Shown: positions 28,801 to 43,800 of the stretch, one piece after another
How the letters are laid out: each line of letters begins with the position of its first letter
Numbering within the stretch: position 1 is the first letter of the stretch
Source of the DNA: Eledone cirrhosa
Lineage: Eukaryota
DNA: 64,000 bases
Assembly (NCBI GenBank): GCA_964016885.1
Contig: OZ024742.1
Coordinates: forward strand, 45,632,001-45,696,000
Reading direction: 5' to 3'
Made by a program: the position numbers and the translations under genes
Notes under the pieces: generated by a model
Database searches by the model: none
Seen by the model: only the letters and a program-made list of their open reading frames with translations
Told to the model about the DNA's origin: nothing

Positions 28801-31800
28801 AACATTGACTATATATTAACTAGACACTACTCAGTATGCTCTTACATGAGTTTTGAGGGAAAGTAGACCCTCTCTAACATTGACTATATATTAACTAGAC
28901 ACTACTCAGTGTGCTCTTTTGTTAGTTTTGATGGAAAGTAGACCCTCCCTAACATTGACTATATATTAACTAGACACTACTCGGTGTGTTCTTCCATGAG
29001 TTTGATGGAAAGTAGACCCTCCCAAACATTGACTATATATTAACTAGACACTACTCAGTGTGCTCTTCCATGAGTTTTGATGGAAAGTAGACCCTCCCAA
29101 ACATTGACTATATATTAACTAGACACTACTCAGTGTGCTCTTTTATGAGTTTTGATGGAAAGTAGACCCTCCCAAACATTGTCTATATATTAACTAGACA
29201 CTACTCAGTGTGCTCTTTTATGAGTTTTGATGGAAAGTAGACCCTCCCAAACATTGACTATATATTAACTAGACACTACTCAGTGTGCTCTTTTGTGAGT
29301 TTTGATGGAAAGTAGACCCTCCCAAACATTGACTATATATTAACTAGACACTACTCAGTGTGCTCTTCCATGAGTTTTGATGGAAAGTATACCCTCCCAA
29401 ACATTGATTATATATTAACTGGACACTACTCAGTGTGCTCTTCCATGAGTTTTGATGGAAAGTAGACCCTCCCAAACATTGACTATATATTAATGAGACA
29501 CTATTCAGTATGCTCTTCCATGAGCTTTGAGGGAAAATAGACCCTCCCAAACATTGACTATATATTAACTACACACTACTCAGTGTGCTCTTCCATGAGT
29601 TTTGATGGAAAGTAGACCCTCTCTAACATTGACTATATATTAACTAGACACTACTCAGTGTGCCCTTCCATGAGTTTTGATGGAAAGTAGACCCTCCCAA
29701 ACATTGACTATATATTAACTAGACACTACTCAGTGTGCTCTACCATGAGTTTTGATGGAAAGTAGACCCTCCCAAACATTGACTATATATTAACTAGACA
29801 CTACTCAGTGTGCTCTTCCATGAGTTTTGATGGAAAGTAGACCCTCCCAAACATTGACTATATATTAACTAAACACTACTCAGTGTGCTCTTCCATGAAT
29901 TTTGATGGAGAGTAGACTCTCCCAAACATTGACTATATATTAACGAGACACTACTCAGTGTGCACTTCCATGAGCTTTGAGGGAAAGTAGACCCTCCCAA
30001 ACATTGACTATATATTTACTAGACACTACTCAGTGTGCTCTTCCATGAGTTTTGATGGAAAGTAGACCCTCCCAAACATTGACTATATATTAACTAGACA
30101 CTACTCAGTGTGCTCTTCCATGAGTTTTGATGGAAAGTAGACCCTCCCAAACATTGACTTTATATTAACTAGACACTCCTCAGTGTGTTCTTTTATGAGT
30201 TTTGATGGAAAGTAGACCCTCCCAAACGTTGACTATATATTAACTGGACACTACTCAGTGTGCTCTTCCATGAGTTTTGATGGAAAGTAGACCCTCCCAA
30301 ACATTGACTATATATTAACTAGACACTACTGAGTGTGCTCTTCCATGAGATTTGATGGAAAGTAGACCCTCCCAAACATTGACTATATATGAACTAGACA
30401 CTACTCAGTGTGCTCTTCCATGAGTTTTGATGGAAAGTAGACCCTCCCAAACATTGACTATATATTAACGAGACACTACTCAGTATGCTCTTCCATGAGC
30501 TTTGAGGGAAAGTAGACCCTCCCAAACATTGACTATATATTAACGAGACACTACTCAGTATGCTCTTCCATGAGCTTTGAGGGAAAGTAGACCCTCCCAA
30601 ACATTGACTATATATTAACTAAACACTATTCAGTGTGCTCTTCCATGAATTTTGATGGAGAGTAGACCCTCCCAAACATTGACTATATATTAACTAGACA
30701 CTACTCAGTATGCTCTTACATAAGTTTTGAGGGAAAGTAGACCCTCTCTAACATTGACTATATATTAACGAGACACTACTCAGTGTGCTCTTCCATGAGT
30801 TTTGATGGAAAGTAGACCCTCCCAAACATTGACTATATATTAACTAGACACTACTCAGTGTGCTCTTCCATGAGTTTTGATGGAAAGTAGATCCTCCCAA
30901 ACATTGACTATATATTAACTAAACACTACTCAGTGTGCTCTTCCATGAATTTTGATGGAGAGTAGACTCTCCCAAACATTGACTATATATTAACGAGACA
31001 CTACTCAGTGTGCACTTCCATGAGCTTTGAGGGAAAGTAGACCCTCCCAAACATTGACTATATATTAACTAGACACTACTCAGTGTGCTCTTTTATGAGT
31101 TTTGATGGAAAGTAGACCCTCCCAAACATTGACTATATATTAACTAGACACTACTCAGTGTGCCTTTCCATGAGTTTTGATGGAAAGTAGACCCTCCCAA
31201 ACATTGACTATATATTAACTAGACACTCCTCAGTGTGCTCTTCTATGAGTTTTGATGGAAAGTAGACCCTCCCAAACATTGACTATATATTAACTAGACA
31301 CTACTCAGTGTGCTCTTCCATGAGTTTTGATGAAAAGTAGACCCTCCCAAACATTGACTATATATTAACTAGACACTACCCAGTGTGCTCTTCCATGAGT
31401 TTTGATGGAAACTAGACCCTCCCAAACATTGACTATATATTAACTAAACACTACTCAGTGTGCTCTTCCATGAATTTTGATGGAGAGTAGACTCTCCCAA
31501 ACATTGACTATATATTAACGAGACACTACTCAGTGTGCACTTCCATGAGCTTTGAGGGAAAGTAGACCCTCCCAAACATTGACTATATATTTACTAGACA
31601 CTACTTAGTGTGCTCTTCCATGAGTTTTGATGGAAAGTAGACCCTCCCAAACATTGACTTTATATTAACTAGACACTCCTCAGTGTGTTCTTTTATGTGT
31701 TTTGATGGAAAGTAGACCCTCCCAAACGTTGACTATATATTAACTAAACACTATTCAGTGTGCTCTTCCATGAATTTTGATGGAGAGTAGACCCTCCCAA

Positions 31801-34800
31801 ACATTGACTATATATTAACTAGACACTACTCAGTATGCTCTTACATGAGTTTTGAGGGAAAGTAGACCCTCTCTAACATTGACTATATATTAACGAGACA
31901 CTACTCAGTGTGCCCTTCCATGAGTTTTGATGGAAAGTAGACCCTCCCAAACATTGACTATATATTAACTAGACACTACTCAGTGTGCTCTTCCATGAGT
32001 TTTGATGGAAAGTAGACCCTCCCTAACATTGACTATATATTAACTAGACACTACTCAGTGTGCTCTTCCATGAGTTTTGATGGAAAGTAGATCCTCCCAA
32101 ACATTGACTATATATTAACTAAACACTACTCAGTGTGCTCTTCCATGAATTTTGATGGAGAGTAGACTCTCCCAAACATTGACTATATATTAACTAGACA
32201 CTACTCAGTGTGCTCTTTTATGAGTTTTGATGGAAAGTAGACCCTCCCAAACATTGACTATATATTAACTAGACACTCCTCAGTGTGCTCTTCTATGAGT
32301 TTTGATGGAAAGTAGACCCTCCCAAACATTGACTATATATTAACTAGACACTACTCAGTGTGCTCTTCCATGAGTTTTGATGAAAAGTAGACCCTCCCAA
32401 ACATTGACTATATATTAACTAGACACTACCCAGTGTGCTCTTCCATGAGTTTTGATGGAAAGTAGACCCTCCCAAACATTGACTATATATTAACTAGGCA
32501 CTACTCAGTGTGCCTTTCCATGAGTTTTGATGGAAAGTAGACCCTCCCAAACATTGACTATATATTAACTAGACACTCCTCAGTGTGCTCTTCTATGAGT
32601 TTTGATGGAAAGTAGACCCTCCCAAACATTGACTATATATTAACTAGACACTACTCAGTGTGCTCTTCCATGAGTTTTGATGAAAAGTAGACCCTCCCAA
32701 ACATTGACTATATATTAACTAGACACTACTCAGTGTGCTCTTCCATGAGTTTTGATGGAAAGTAGACCCTCCCAAACATTGACTATATATTAACTAGACA
32801 CTACTCAGTGTGCTCTTTTATGAGTTTTGATGGAAAGTAGACCCTCCCAAACATTGTCTATATATTAACTAGACACTACTCAGTGTGCTCTTTTATGAGT
32901 TTTGATGGAAAGTAGACCCTCCCAAACATTGACTATATATTAACTAGACACTACTCAGTGTGCTCTTTTGTGAGTTTTGATGGAAAGTAGACCCTCCCAA
33001 ACATTGACTATATATTAACTAGACACTACTCAGTGTGCTCTTCCATGAGTTTTGATGGAAAGTATACCCTCCCAAACATTGATTATATATTAACTGGACA
33101 CTACTCAGTGTGCTCTTCCATGAGTTTTGATGGAAAGTAGACCCTCCCAAACATTGACTATATATTAATGAGACACTATTCAGTATGCTCTTCCATGAGC
33201 TTTGAGGGAAAATAGACCCTCCCAAACATTGACTATATATTAACTACACACTACTCAGTGTGCTCTTCCATGAGTTTTGATGGAAAGTAGACCCTCTCTA
33301 ACATTGACTATATATTAACTAGACACTACTCAGTGTGCCCTTCCATGAGTTTTGATGGAAAGTAGACCCTCCCAAACATTGACTATATATTAACTAGACA
33401 CTACTCAGTGTGCTCTACCATGAGTTTTGATGGAAAGTAGACCCTCCCAAACATTGACTATATATTAACTAGACACTACTCAGTGTGCTCTTCCATGAGT
33501 TTTGATGGAAAGTAGACCCTCCCAAACATTGACTATATATTAACTAAACACTACTCAGTGTGCTCTTCCATGAATTTTGATGGAGAGTAGACTCTCCCAA
33601 ACATTGACTATATATTAACGAGACACTACTCAGTGTGCACTTCCATGAGCTTTGAGGGAAAGTAGACCCTCCCAAACATTGACTATATATTTACTAGACA
33701 CTACTCAGTGTGCTCTTCCATGAGTTTTGATGGAAAGTAGACCCTCCCAAACATTGACTATATATTAACTAGACACTACTCAGTGTGCTCTTCCATGAGT
33801 TTTGATGGAAAGTAGACCCTCCCAAACATTGACTTTATATTAACTAGACACTCCTCAGTGTGTTCTTTTATGAGTTTTGATGGAAAGTAGACCCTCCCAA
33901 ACGTTGACTATATATTAACTGGACACTACTCAGTGTGCTCTTCCATGAGTTTTGATGGAAAGTAGACCCTCCCAAACATTGACTATATATTAACTAGACA
34001 CTACTGAGTGTGCTCTTCCATGAGATTTGATGGAAAGTAGACCCTCCCAAACATTGACTATATATGAACTAGACACTACTCAGTGTGCTCTTCCATGAGT
34101 TTTGATGGAAAGTAGACCCTCCCAAACATTGACTATATATTAACGAGACACTACTCAGTATGCTCTTCCATGAGCTTTGAGGGAAAGTAGACCCTCCCAA
34201 ACATTGACTATATATTAACGAGACACTACTCAGTATGCTCTTCCATGAGCTTTGAGGGAAAGTAGACCCTCCCAAACATTGACTATATATTAACTAAACA
34301 CTATTCAGTGTGCTCTTCCATGAATTTTGATGGAGAGTAGACCCTCCCAAACATTGACTATATATTAACTAGACACTACTCAGTATGCTCTTACATAAGT
34401 TTTGAGGGAAAGTAGACCCTCTCTAACATTGACTATATATTAACGAGACACTACTCAGTGTGCTCTTCCATGAGTTTTGATGGAAAGTAGACCCTCCCAA
34501 ACATTGACTATATATTAACTAGACACTACTCAGTGTGCTCTTCCATGAGTTTTGATGGAAAGTAGATCCTCCCAAACATTGACTATATATTAACTAAACA
34601 CTACTCAGTGTGCTCTTCCATGAATTTTGATGGAGAGTAGACTCTCCCAAACATTGACTATATATTAACGAGACACTACTCAGTGTGCACTTCCATGAGC
34701 TTTGAGGGAAAGTAGACCCTCCCAAACATTGACTATATATTAACTAGACACTACTCAGTGTGCTCTTTTATGAGTTTTGATGGAAAGTAGACCCTCCCAA

Positions 34801-37800
34801 ACATTGACTATATATTAACTAGACACTACTCAGTGTGCCTTTCCATGAGTTTTGATGGAAAGTAGACCCTCCCAAACATTGACTATATATTAACTAGACA
34901 CTCCTCAGTGTGCTCTTCTATGAGTTTTGATGGAAAGTAGACCCTCCCAAACATTGACTATATATTAACTAGACACTACTCAGTGTGCTCTTCCATGAGT
35001 TTTGATGAAAAGTAGACCCTCCCAAACATTGACTATATATTAACTAGACACTACCCAGTGTGCTCTTCCATGAGTTTTGATGGAAACTAGACCCTCCCAA
35101 ACATTGACTATATATTAACTAAACACTACTCAGTGTGCTCTTCCATGAATTTTGATGGAGAGTAGACTCTCCCAAACATTGACTATATATTAACGAGACA
35201 CTACTCAGTGTGCACTTCCATGAGCTTTGAGGGAAAGTAGACCCTCCCAAACATTGACTATATATTTACTAGACACTACTTAGTGTGCTCTTCCATGAGT
35301 TTTGATGGAAAGTAGACCCTCCCAAACATTGACTTTATATTAACTAGACACTCCTCAGTGTGTTCTTTTATGTGTTTTGATGGAAAGTAGACCCTCCCAA
35401 ACGTTGACTATATATTAACTAAACACTATTCAGTGTGCTCTTCCATGAATTTTGATGGAGAGTAGACCCTCCCAAACATTGACTATATATTAACTAGACA
35501 CTACTCAGTATGCTCTTACATGAGTTTTGAGGGAAAGTAGACCCTCTCTAACATTGACTATATATTAACGAGACACTACTCAGTGTGCCCTTCCATGAGT
35601 TTTGATGGAAAGTAGACCCTCCCAAACATTGACTATATATTAACTAGACACTACTCAGTGTGCTCTTCCATGAGTTTTGATGGAAAGTAGACCCTCCCTA
35701 ACATTGACTATATATTAACTAGACACTACTCAGTGTGCTCTTCCATGAGTTTTGATGGAAAGTAGATCCTCCCAAACATTGACTATATATTAACTAAACA
35801 CTACTCAGTGTGCTCTTCCATGAATTTTGATGGAGAGTAGACTCTCCCAAACATTGACTATATATTAACTAGACACTACTCAGTGTGCTCTTTTATGAGT
35901 TTTGATGGAAAGTAGACCCTCCCAAACATTGACTCTATATTAACTAGACACTCCTCAGTGTGCTCTTCTATGAGTTTTGATGGAAAGTAGACCCTCCCAA
36001 ACATTGACTATATATTAACTAGACACTACTCAGTGTGCTCTTCCATGAGTTTTGATGAAAAGTAGACCCTCCCAAACATTGACTATATATTAACTAGACA
36101 CTACCCAGTGTGCTCTTCCATGAGTTTTGATGGAAAGTAGACCCTCCCAAACATTGACTATATATTAACTAGGCACTACTCAGTGTGCCTTTCCATGAGT
36201 TTTGATGGAAAGTAGACCCTCCCAAACATTGACTATATATTAACTAGACACTCCTCAGTGTGCTCTTCTATGAGTTTTGATGGAAAGTAGACCCTCCCAA
36301 ACATTGACTATATATTAACTAGACACTACTCAGTGTGCTCTTCCATGAGTTTTGATGAAAAGTAGACCCTCCCAAACATTGACTATATATTAACTAGACA
36401 CTACCCAGTGTGCTCTTCCATGAGTTTTGATGGAAACTAGACCCTCCCAAACATTGACTATATATTAACTAAACACTACTCAGTGTGCTCTTCCATGAAT
36501 TTTGATGGAGAGTAGACTCTCCCAAACATTGACTATATATTAACGAGACACTACTCAGTGTGCACTTCCATGAGCTTTGAGGGAAAGTAGACCCTCCCAA
36601 ACATTGACTATATATTTACTAGACACTACTTAGTGTGCTCTTCCATGAGTTTTGATGGAAAGTAGACCCTCCCAAACATTGACTTTATATTAACTAGACA
36701 CTCCTCAGTGTGTTCTTTTATGTGTTTTGATGGAAAGTAGACCCTCCCAAACGTTGACTATATATTAACTAAACACTATTCAGTGTGCTCTTCCATGAAT
36801 TTTGATGGAGAGTAGACCCTCCCAAACATTGACTATATATTAACTAGACACTACTCAGTATGCTCTTACATGAGTTTTGAGGGAAAGTAGACCCTCTCTA
36901 ACATTGACTATATATTAACGAGACACTACTCAGTGTGCCCTTCCATGAGTTTTGATGGAAAGTAGACCCTCCCAAACATTGACTATATATTAACTAGACA
37001 CTACTCAGTGTGCTCTTCCATGAGTTTTGATGGAAAGTAGACCCTCCCTAACATTGACTATATATTAACTAGACACTACTCAGTGTGCTCTTCCATGAGT
37101 TTTGATGGAAAGTAGATCCTCCCAAACATTGACTATATATTAACTAAACACTACTCAGTGTGCTCTTCCATGAATTTTGATGGAGAGTAGACTCTCCCAA
37201 ACATTGACTATATATTAACTAGACACTACTCAGTGTGCTCTTTTATGAGTTTTGATGGAAAGTAGACCCTCCCAAACATTGACTATATATTAACTAGACA
37301 CTCCTCAGTGTGCTCTTCTATGAGTTTTGATGGAAAGTAGACCCTCCCAAACATTGACTATATATTAACTAGACACTACTCAGTGTGCTCTTCCATGAGT
37401 TTTGATGAAAAGTAGACCCTCCCAAACATTGACTATATATTAACTAGACACTACCCAGTGTGCTCTTCCATGAGTTTTGATGGAAAGTAGACCCTCCCAA
37501 ACATTGACTATATATTAACTAGGCACTACTCAGTGTGCCTTTCCATGAGTTTTGATGGAAAGTAGACCCTCCCAAACATTGACTATATATTAACTAGACA
37601 CTACTCAGTTTGCTCTTTTATGAGTTTTGATGGAAAGTAGACCCTCCCAAACATTGACTATATATTAACGAGACACTACTCAGTATGCTCTTCCATGAGC
37701 TATGAGGGAAAGTAGACCCTCCTAAACATTGACTATATATTAACTAGACTCTACTCAGTGTGCCTTTCCATGAGTTTTGATGGAAAGTAGTCCCTCCCAA

Positions 37801-40800
37801 ACATTGACTATATTACCTAGACACTACTCAGTGTGCTCTTCCATGAGCTTTGAGGGAAAGTAGACCCTCCCAAACATTGACTATATATTAACTAGACACT
37901 ACTCAGTGTGCATTTCCATGAGTTTTGATGGAAAGTAGACCCTCCCAAACATTGGCTATATTACCTAGACACTACTCAGTGTGCTCTTCCATGAGCTTTG
38001 AGGGAAAGTAGACTCTCCCAAACATTGACTATATATTAACTAGACACTCCTCAGTGTGTCCTTTTATGAGTTTTGATGGAAAGTAGACCCTCCCAAACAT
38101 TGACTATATATTAACTAGACACTACTCAGTGTGCTCTTTTATGAGTTTTGATGGAAAGTAGACCCTCCCAAACATTGACTATATATTAACTAGACACTAC
38201 TCAGTGTGCTCTTTTGTGAGTTTTGATGGAAAGTAGACCCTCCCAAACATTGACTATATATTAACTAGACACTACTAAGTGTGCTCTTCCATGAGTTTTG
38301 ATGGAAACCAGACCCTCCCAAACATTGACTATATATTAACTAGACACTACTCGGCGTGCACTTCCATTAGTTTTGATGGAAAGTAGATCCTCCCAAACAT
38401 TGACTATATATTAACTAGACACTACTCAGTGTGCTCTTCCATGAGTTTTGATGGAAAGTAGACCCTCCCAAACATTGACTATATATTAACTAGACACTAC
38501 TCAGTGTGCCCTTCCATGAGTTTTGATGGAAAGTAGACCCTCCCAAACATTGACTATATATTAACTAGACACTACTCAGTGTGCTCTTCCATGAGTTGTG
38601 ATGGAAAGTAGACCCTCCCAAACATTGACTAGATATTAACTAGACACTACTCAGTGTGCTCTTCCATGAGTTTTGATGGAAAGTAGACCCTCCCAAACAT
38701 TGACTATATATTAACTAAACACTCCTCAGTGTGTTCTTTTATGAGTTTTGATGGAAAGTAGACCCTCCCAAACATTGACTATATATTAACTGGACACTAC
38801 TGAGTGTGCTCTTATATGAGTTTTGATGGAAAGTAGACCCTCCCAAACATTGACTATATATTAACTAGACACTACTCAGTGTGCTCTTCCATGAGTTTTG
38901 ATGGAAAGTAGACCCTCCCAAACATTGACTATATATTACCTAGACACTACTCAGTGTGCTCTTCCATGAGTTTTGATGGAAAGTAGACCCTCCCAAACAT
39001 TGACTATATATTAACTAGACACTACTCAGTGTGCTCTTCCATGAGTTTTGATGGAAAGTAGACCCTCCCAAACATTGACTATATATTAACTGGACACTAC
39101 TCAGTGTGCTATTCCATGAGTTTTGATGGAAAGTAGACCCTCCCAAACATTGACTATATATTATCTAGACACTACTCAGTGTGCTCTTGCATGAGTTTTG
39201 ATGGAAAGTAGACCCTCCCAAACATTGACTATATATTAACGAGACACTACTCAGCATGCTCTTCCATGAGCTTTGAGGGAAAGTAGACCCTCCCAAACAT
39301 TGACTATATATTAACTGGACACTACTCAGTGTGCTCTTCCATGAGTTTTGATGGAAAGTAGACCCTCCCAAACATTGACTATATATTAACGAGACACTAC
39401 TCAGTGTGCACTTCCATGAGCTTTGAGGGAAAGTAGACCCTCCCAAACATTGACTATATATTAACTAAACACTACTCAGTGTGCTCTTCCATGAATTTTG
39501 ATGGAGAGTAGACTCTCCCAAACATTGACTATATATTAACGAGACACTACTCAGTGTGCACTTCCATGAGCTTTGAGGGAAAGTAGACCCTCCCAAACAT
39601 TGACTATATATTTACTAGACACTACTTAGTGTGCTCTTCCATGAGTTTTGATGGAAAGTAGACCCTCCCAAACATTGACTATATATTAACTAGACACTAC
39701 TCAGTATGCTCTTACATAAGTTTTGAGGGAAAGTAGACCCTCTCTAACATTGACTATATATTAACGAGACACTACTCAGTGTGCTCTTCCATGAGTTTTG
39801 ATGGAAAGTAGACCCTCCCAAACATTGACTATATATTAACTAGACACTACTCAGTGTGCTCTTCCATGAGTTTTGATGGAAAGTAGATCCTCCCAAACAT
39901 TGACTATATATTAACTAAACACTACTCAGTGTGCTCTTCCATGAATTTTGATGGAGAGTAGACTCTCCCAAACATTGACTATATATTAACGAGACACTAC
40001 TCAGTGTGCACTTCCATGAGCTTTGAGGGAAAGTAGACCCTCCCAAACATTGACTATATATTAACTAGACACTACTCAGTGTGCTCTTTTATGAGTTTTG
40101 ATGGAAAGTAGACCCTCCCAAACATTGACTATATATTAACTAGACACTACTCAGTGTGCCTTTCCATGAGTTTTGATGGAAAGTAGACCCTCCCAAACAT
40201 TGACTATATATTAACTAGACACTCCTCAGTGTGCTCTTCTATGAGTTTTGATGGAAAGTAGACCCTCCCAAACATTGACTATATATTAACTAGACACTAC
40301 TCAGTGTGCTCTTCCATGAGTTTTGATGAAAAGTAGACCCTCCCAAACATTGACTATATATTAACTAGACACTACCCAGTGTGCTCTTCCATGAGTTTTG
40401 ATGGAAACTAGACCCTCCCAAACATTGACTATATATTAACTAAACACTACTCAGTGTGCTCTTCCATGAATTTTGATGGAGAGTAGACTCTCCCAAACAT
40501 TGACTATATATTAACGAGACACTACTCAGTGTGCACTTCCATGAGCTTTGAGGGAAAGTAGACCCTCCCAAACATTGACTATATATTTACTAGACACTAC
40601 TTAGTGTGCTCTTCCATGAGTTTTGATGGAAAGTAGACCCTCCCAAACATTGACTTTATATTAACTAGACACTCCTCAGTGTGTTCTTTTATGTGTTTTG
40701 ATGGAAAGTAGACCCTCCCAAACGTTGACTATATATTAACTAAACACTATTCAGTGTGCTCTTCCATGAATTTTGATGGAGAGTAGACCCTCCCAAACAT

Positions 40801-43800
40801 TGACTATATATTAACTAGACACTACTCAGTATGCTCTTACATGAGTTTTGAGGGAAAGTAGACCCTCTCTAACATTGACTATATATTAACGAGACACTAC
40901 TCAGTGTGCCCTTCCATGAGTTTTGATGGAAAGTAGACCCTCCCAAACATTGACTATATATTAACTAGACACTACTCAGTGTGCTCTTCCATGAGTTTTG
41001 ATGGAAAGTAGACCCTCCCTAACATTGACTATATATTAACTAGACACTACTCAGTGTGCTCTTCCATGAGTTTTGATGGAAAGTAGATCCTCCCAAACAT
41101 TGACTATATATTAACTAAACACTACTCAGTGTGCTCTTCCATGAATTTTGATGGAGAGTAGACTCTCCCAAACATTGACTATATATTAACTAGACACTAC
41201 TCAGTGTGCTCTTTTATGAGTTTTGATGGAAAGTAGACCCTCCCAAACATTGACTATATATTAACTAGACACTCCTCAGTGTGCTCTTCTATGAGTTTTG
41301 ATGGAAAGTAGACCCTCCCAAACATTGACTATATATTAACTAGACACTACTCAGTGTGCTCTTCCATGAGTTTTGATGAAAAGTAGACCCTCCCAAACAT
41401 TGACTATATATTAACTAGACACTACCCAGTGTGCTCTTCCATGAGTTTTGATGGAAAGTAGACCCTCCCAAACATTGACTATATATTAACTAGGCACTAC
41501 TCAGTGTGCCTTTCCATGAGTTTTGATGGAAAGTAGACCCTCCCAAACATTGACTATATATTAACTAGACACTCCTCAGTGTGCTCTTCTATGAGTTTTG
41601 ATGGAAAGTAGACCCTCCCAAACATTGACTATATATTAACTAGACACTACTCAGTGTGCTCTTCCATGAGTTTTGATGAAAAGTAGACCCTCCCAAACAT
41701 TGACTATATATTAACTAGACACTACTCAGTGTGCTCTTCCATGAGTTTTGATGGAAAGTAGACCCTCCCAAACATTGACTATATATTAACTAGACACTAC
41801 TCAGTGTGCTCTTTTATGAGTTTTGATGGAAAGTAGACCCTCCCAAACATTGTCTATATATTAACTAGACACTACTCAGTGTGCTCTTTTATGAGTTTTG
41901 ATGGAAAGTAGACCCTCCCAAACATTGACTATATATTAACTAGACACTACTCAGTGTGCTCTTTTGTGAGTTTTGATGGAAAGTAGACCCTCCCAAACAT
42001 TGACTATATATTAACTAGACACTACTCAGTGTGCTCTTCCATGAGTTTTGATGGAAAGTATACCCTCCCAAACATTGATTATATATTAACTGGACACTAC
42101 TCAGTGTGCTCTTCCATGAGTTTTGATGGAAAGTAGACCCTCCCAAACATTGACTATATATTAATGAGACACTATTCAGTATGCTCTTCCATGAGCTTTG
42201 AGGGAAAATAGACCCTCCCAAACATTGACTATATATTAACTACACACTACTCAGTGTGCTCTTCCATGAGTTTTGATGGAAAGTAGACCCTCTCTAACAT
42301 TGACTATATATTAACTAGACACTACTCAGTGTGCCCTTCCATGAGTTTTGATGGAAAGTAGACCCTCCCAAACATTGACTATATATTAACTAGACACTAC
42401 TCAGTGTGCTCTACCATGAGTTTTGATGGAAAGTAGACCCTCCCAAACATTGACTATATATTAACTAGACACTACTCAGTGTGCTCTTCCATGAGTTTTG
42501 ATGGAAAGTAGACCCTCCCAAACATTGACTATATATTAACTAAACACTACTCAGTGTGCTCTTCCATGAATTTTGATGGAGAGTAGACTCTCCCAAACAT
42601 TGACTATATATTAACGAGACACTACTCAGTGTGCACTTCCATGAGCTTTGAGGGAAAGTAGACCCTCCCAAACATTGACTATATATTTACTAGACACTAC
42701 TCAGTGTGCTCTTCCATGAGTTTTGATGGAAAGTAGACCCTCCCAAACATTGACTATATATTAACTAGACACTACTCAGTGTGCTCTTCCATGAGTTTTG
42801 ATGGAAAGTAGACCCTCCCAAACATTGACTTTATATTAACTAGACACTCCTCAGTGTGTTCTTTTATGAGTTTTGATGGAAAGTAGACCCTCCCAAACGT
42901 TGACTATATATTAACTGGACACTACTCAGTGTGCTCTTCCATGAGTTTTGATGGAAAGTAGACCCTCCCAAACATTGACTATATATTAACTAGACACTAC
43001 TGAGTGTGCTCTTCCATGAGATTTGATGGAAAGTAGACCCTCCCAAACATTGACTATATATGAACTAGACACTACTCAGTGTGCTCTTCCATGAGTTTTG
43101 ATGGAAAGTAGACCCTCCCAAACATTGACTATATATTAACGAGACACTACTCAGTATGCTCTTCCATGAGCTTTGAGGGAAAGTAGACCCTCCCAAACAT
43201 TGACTATATATTAACGAGACACTACTCAGTATGCTCTTCCATGAGCTTTGAGGGAAAGTAGACCCTCCCAAACATTGACTATATATTAACTAAACACTAT
43301 TCAGTGTGCTCTTCCATGAATTTTGATGGAGAGTAGACCCTCCCAAACATTGACTATATATTAACTAGACACTACTCAGTATGCTCTTACATAAGTTTTG
43401 AGGGAAAGTAGACCCTCTCTAACATTGACTATATATTAACGAGACACTACTCAGTGTGCTCTTCCATGAGTTTTGATGGAAAGTAGACCCTCCCAAACAT
43501 TGACTATATATTAACTAGACACTACTCAGTGTGCTCTTCCATGAGTTTTGATGGAAAGTAGATCCTCCCAAACATTGACTATATATTAACTAAACACTAC
43601 TCAGTGTGCTCTTCCATGAATTTTGATGGAGAGTAGACTCTCCCAAACATTGACTATATATTAACGAGACACTACTCAGTGTGCACTTCCATGAGCTTTG
43701 AGGGAAAGTAGACCCTCCCAAACATTGACTATATATTAACTAGACACTACTCAGTGTGCTCTTTTATGAGTTTTGATGGAAAGTAGACCCTCCCAAACAT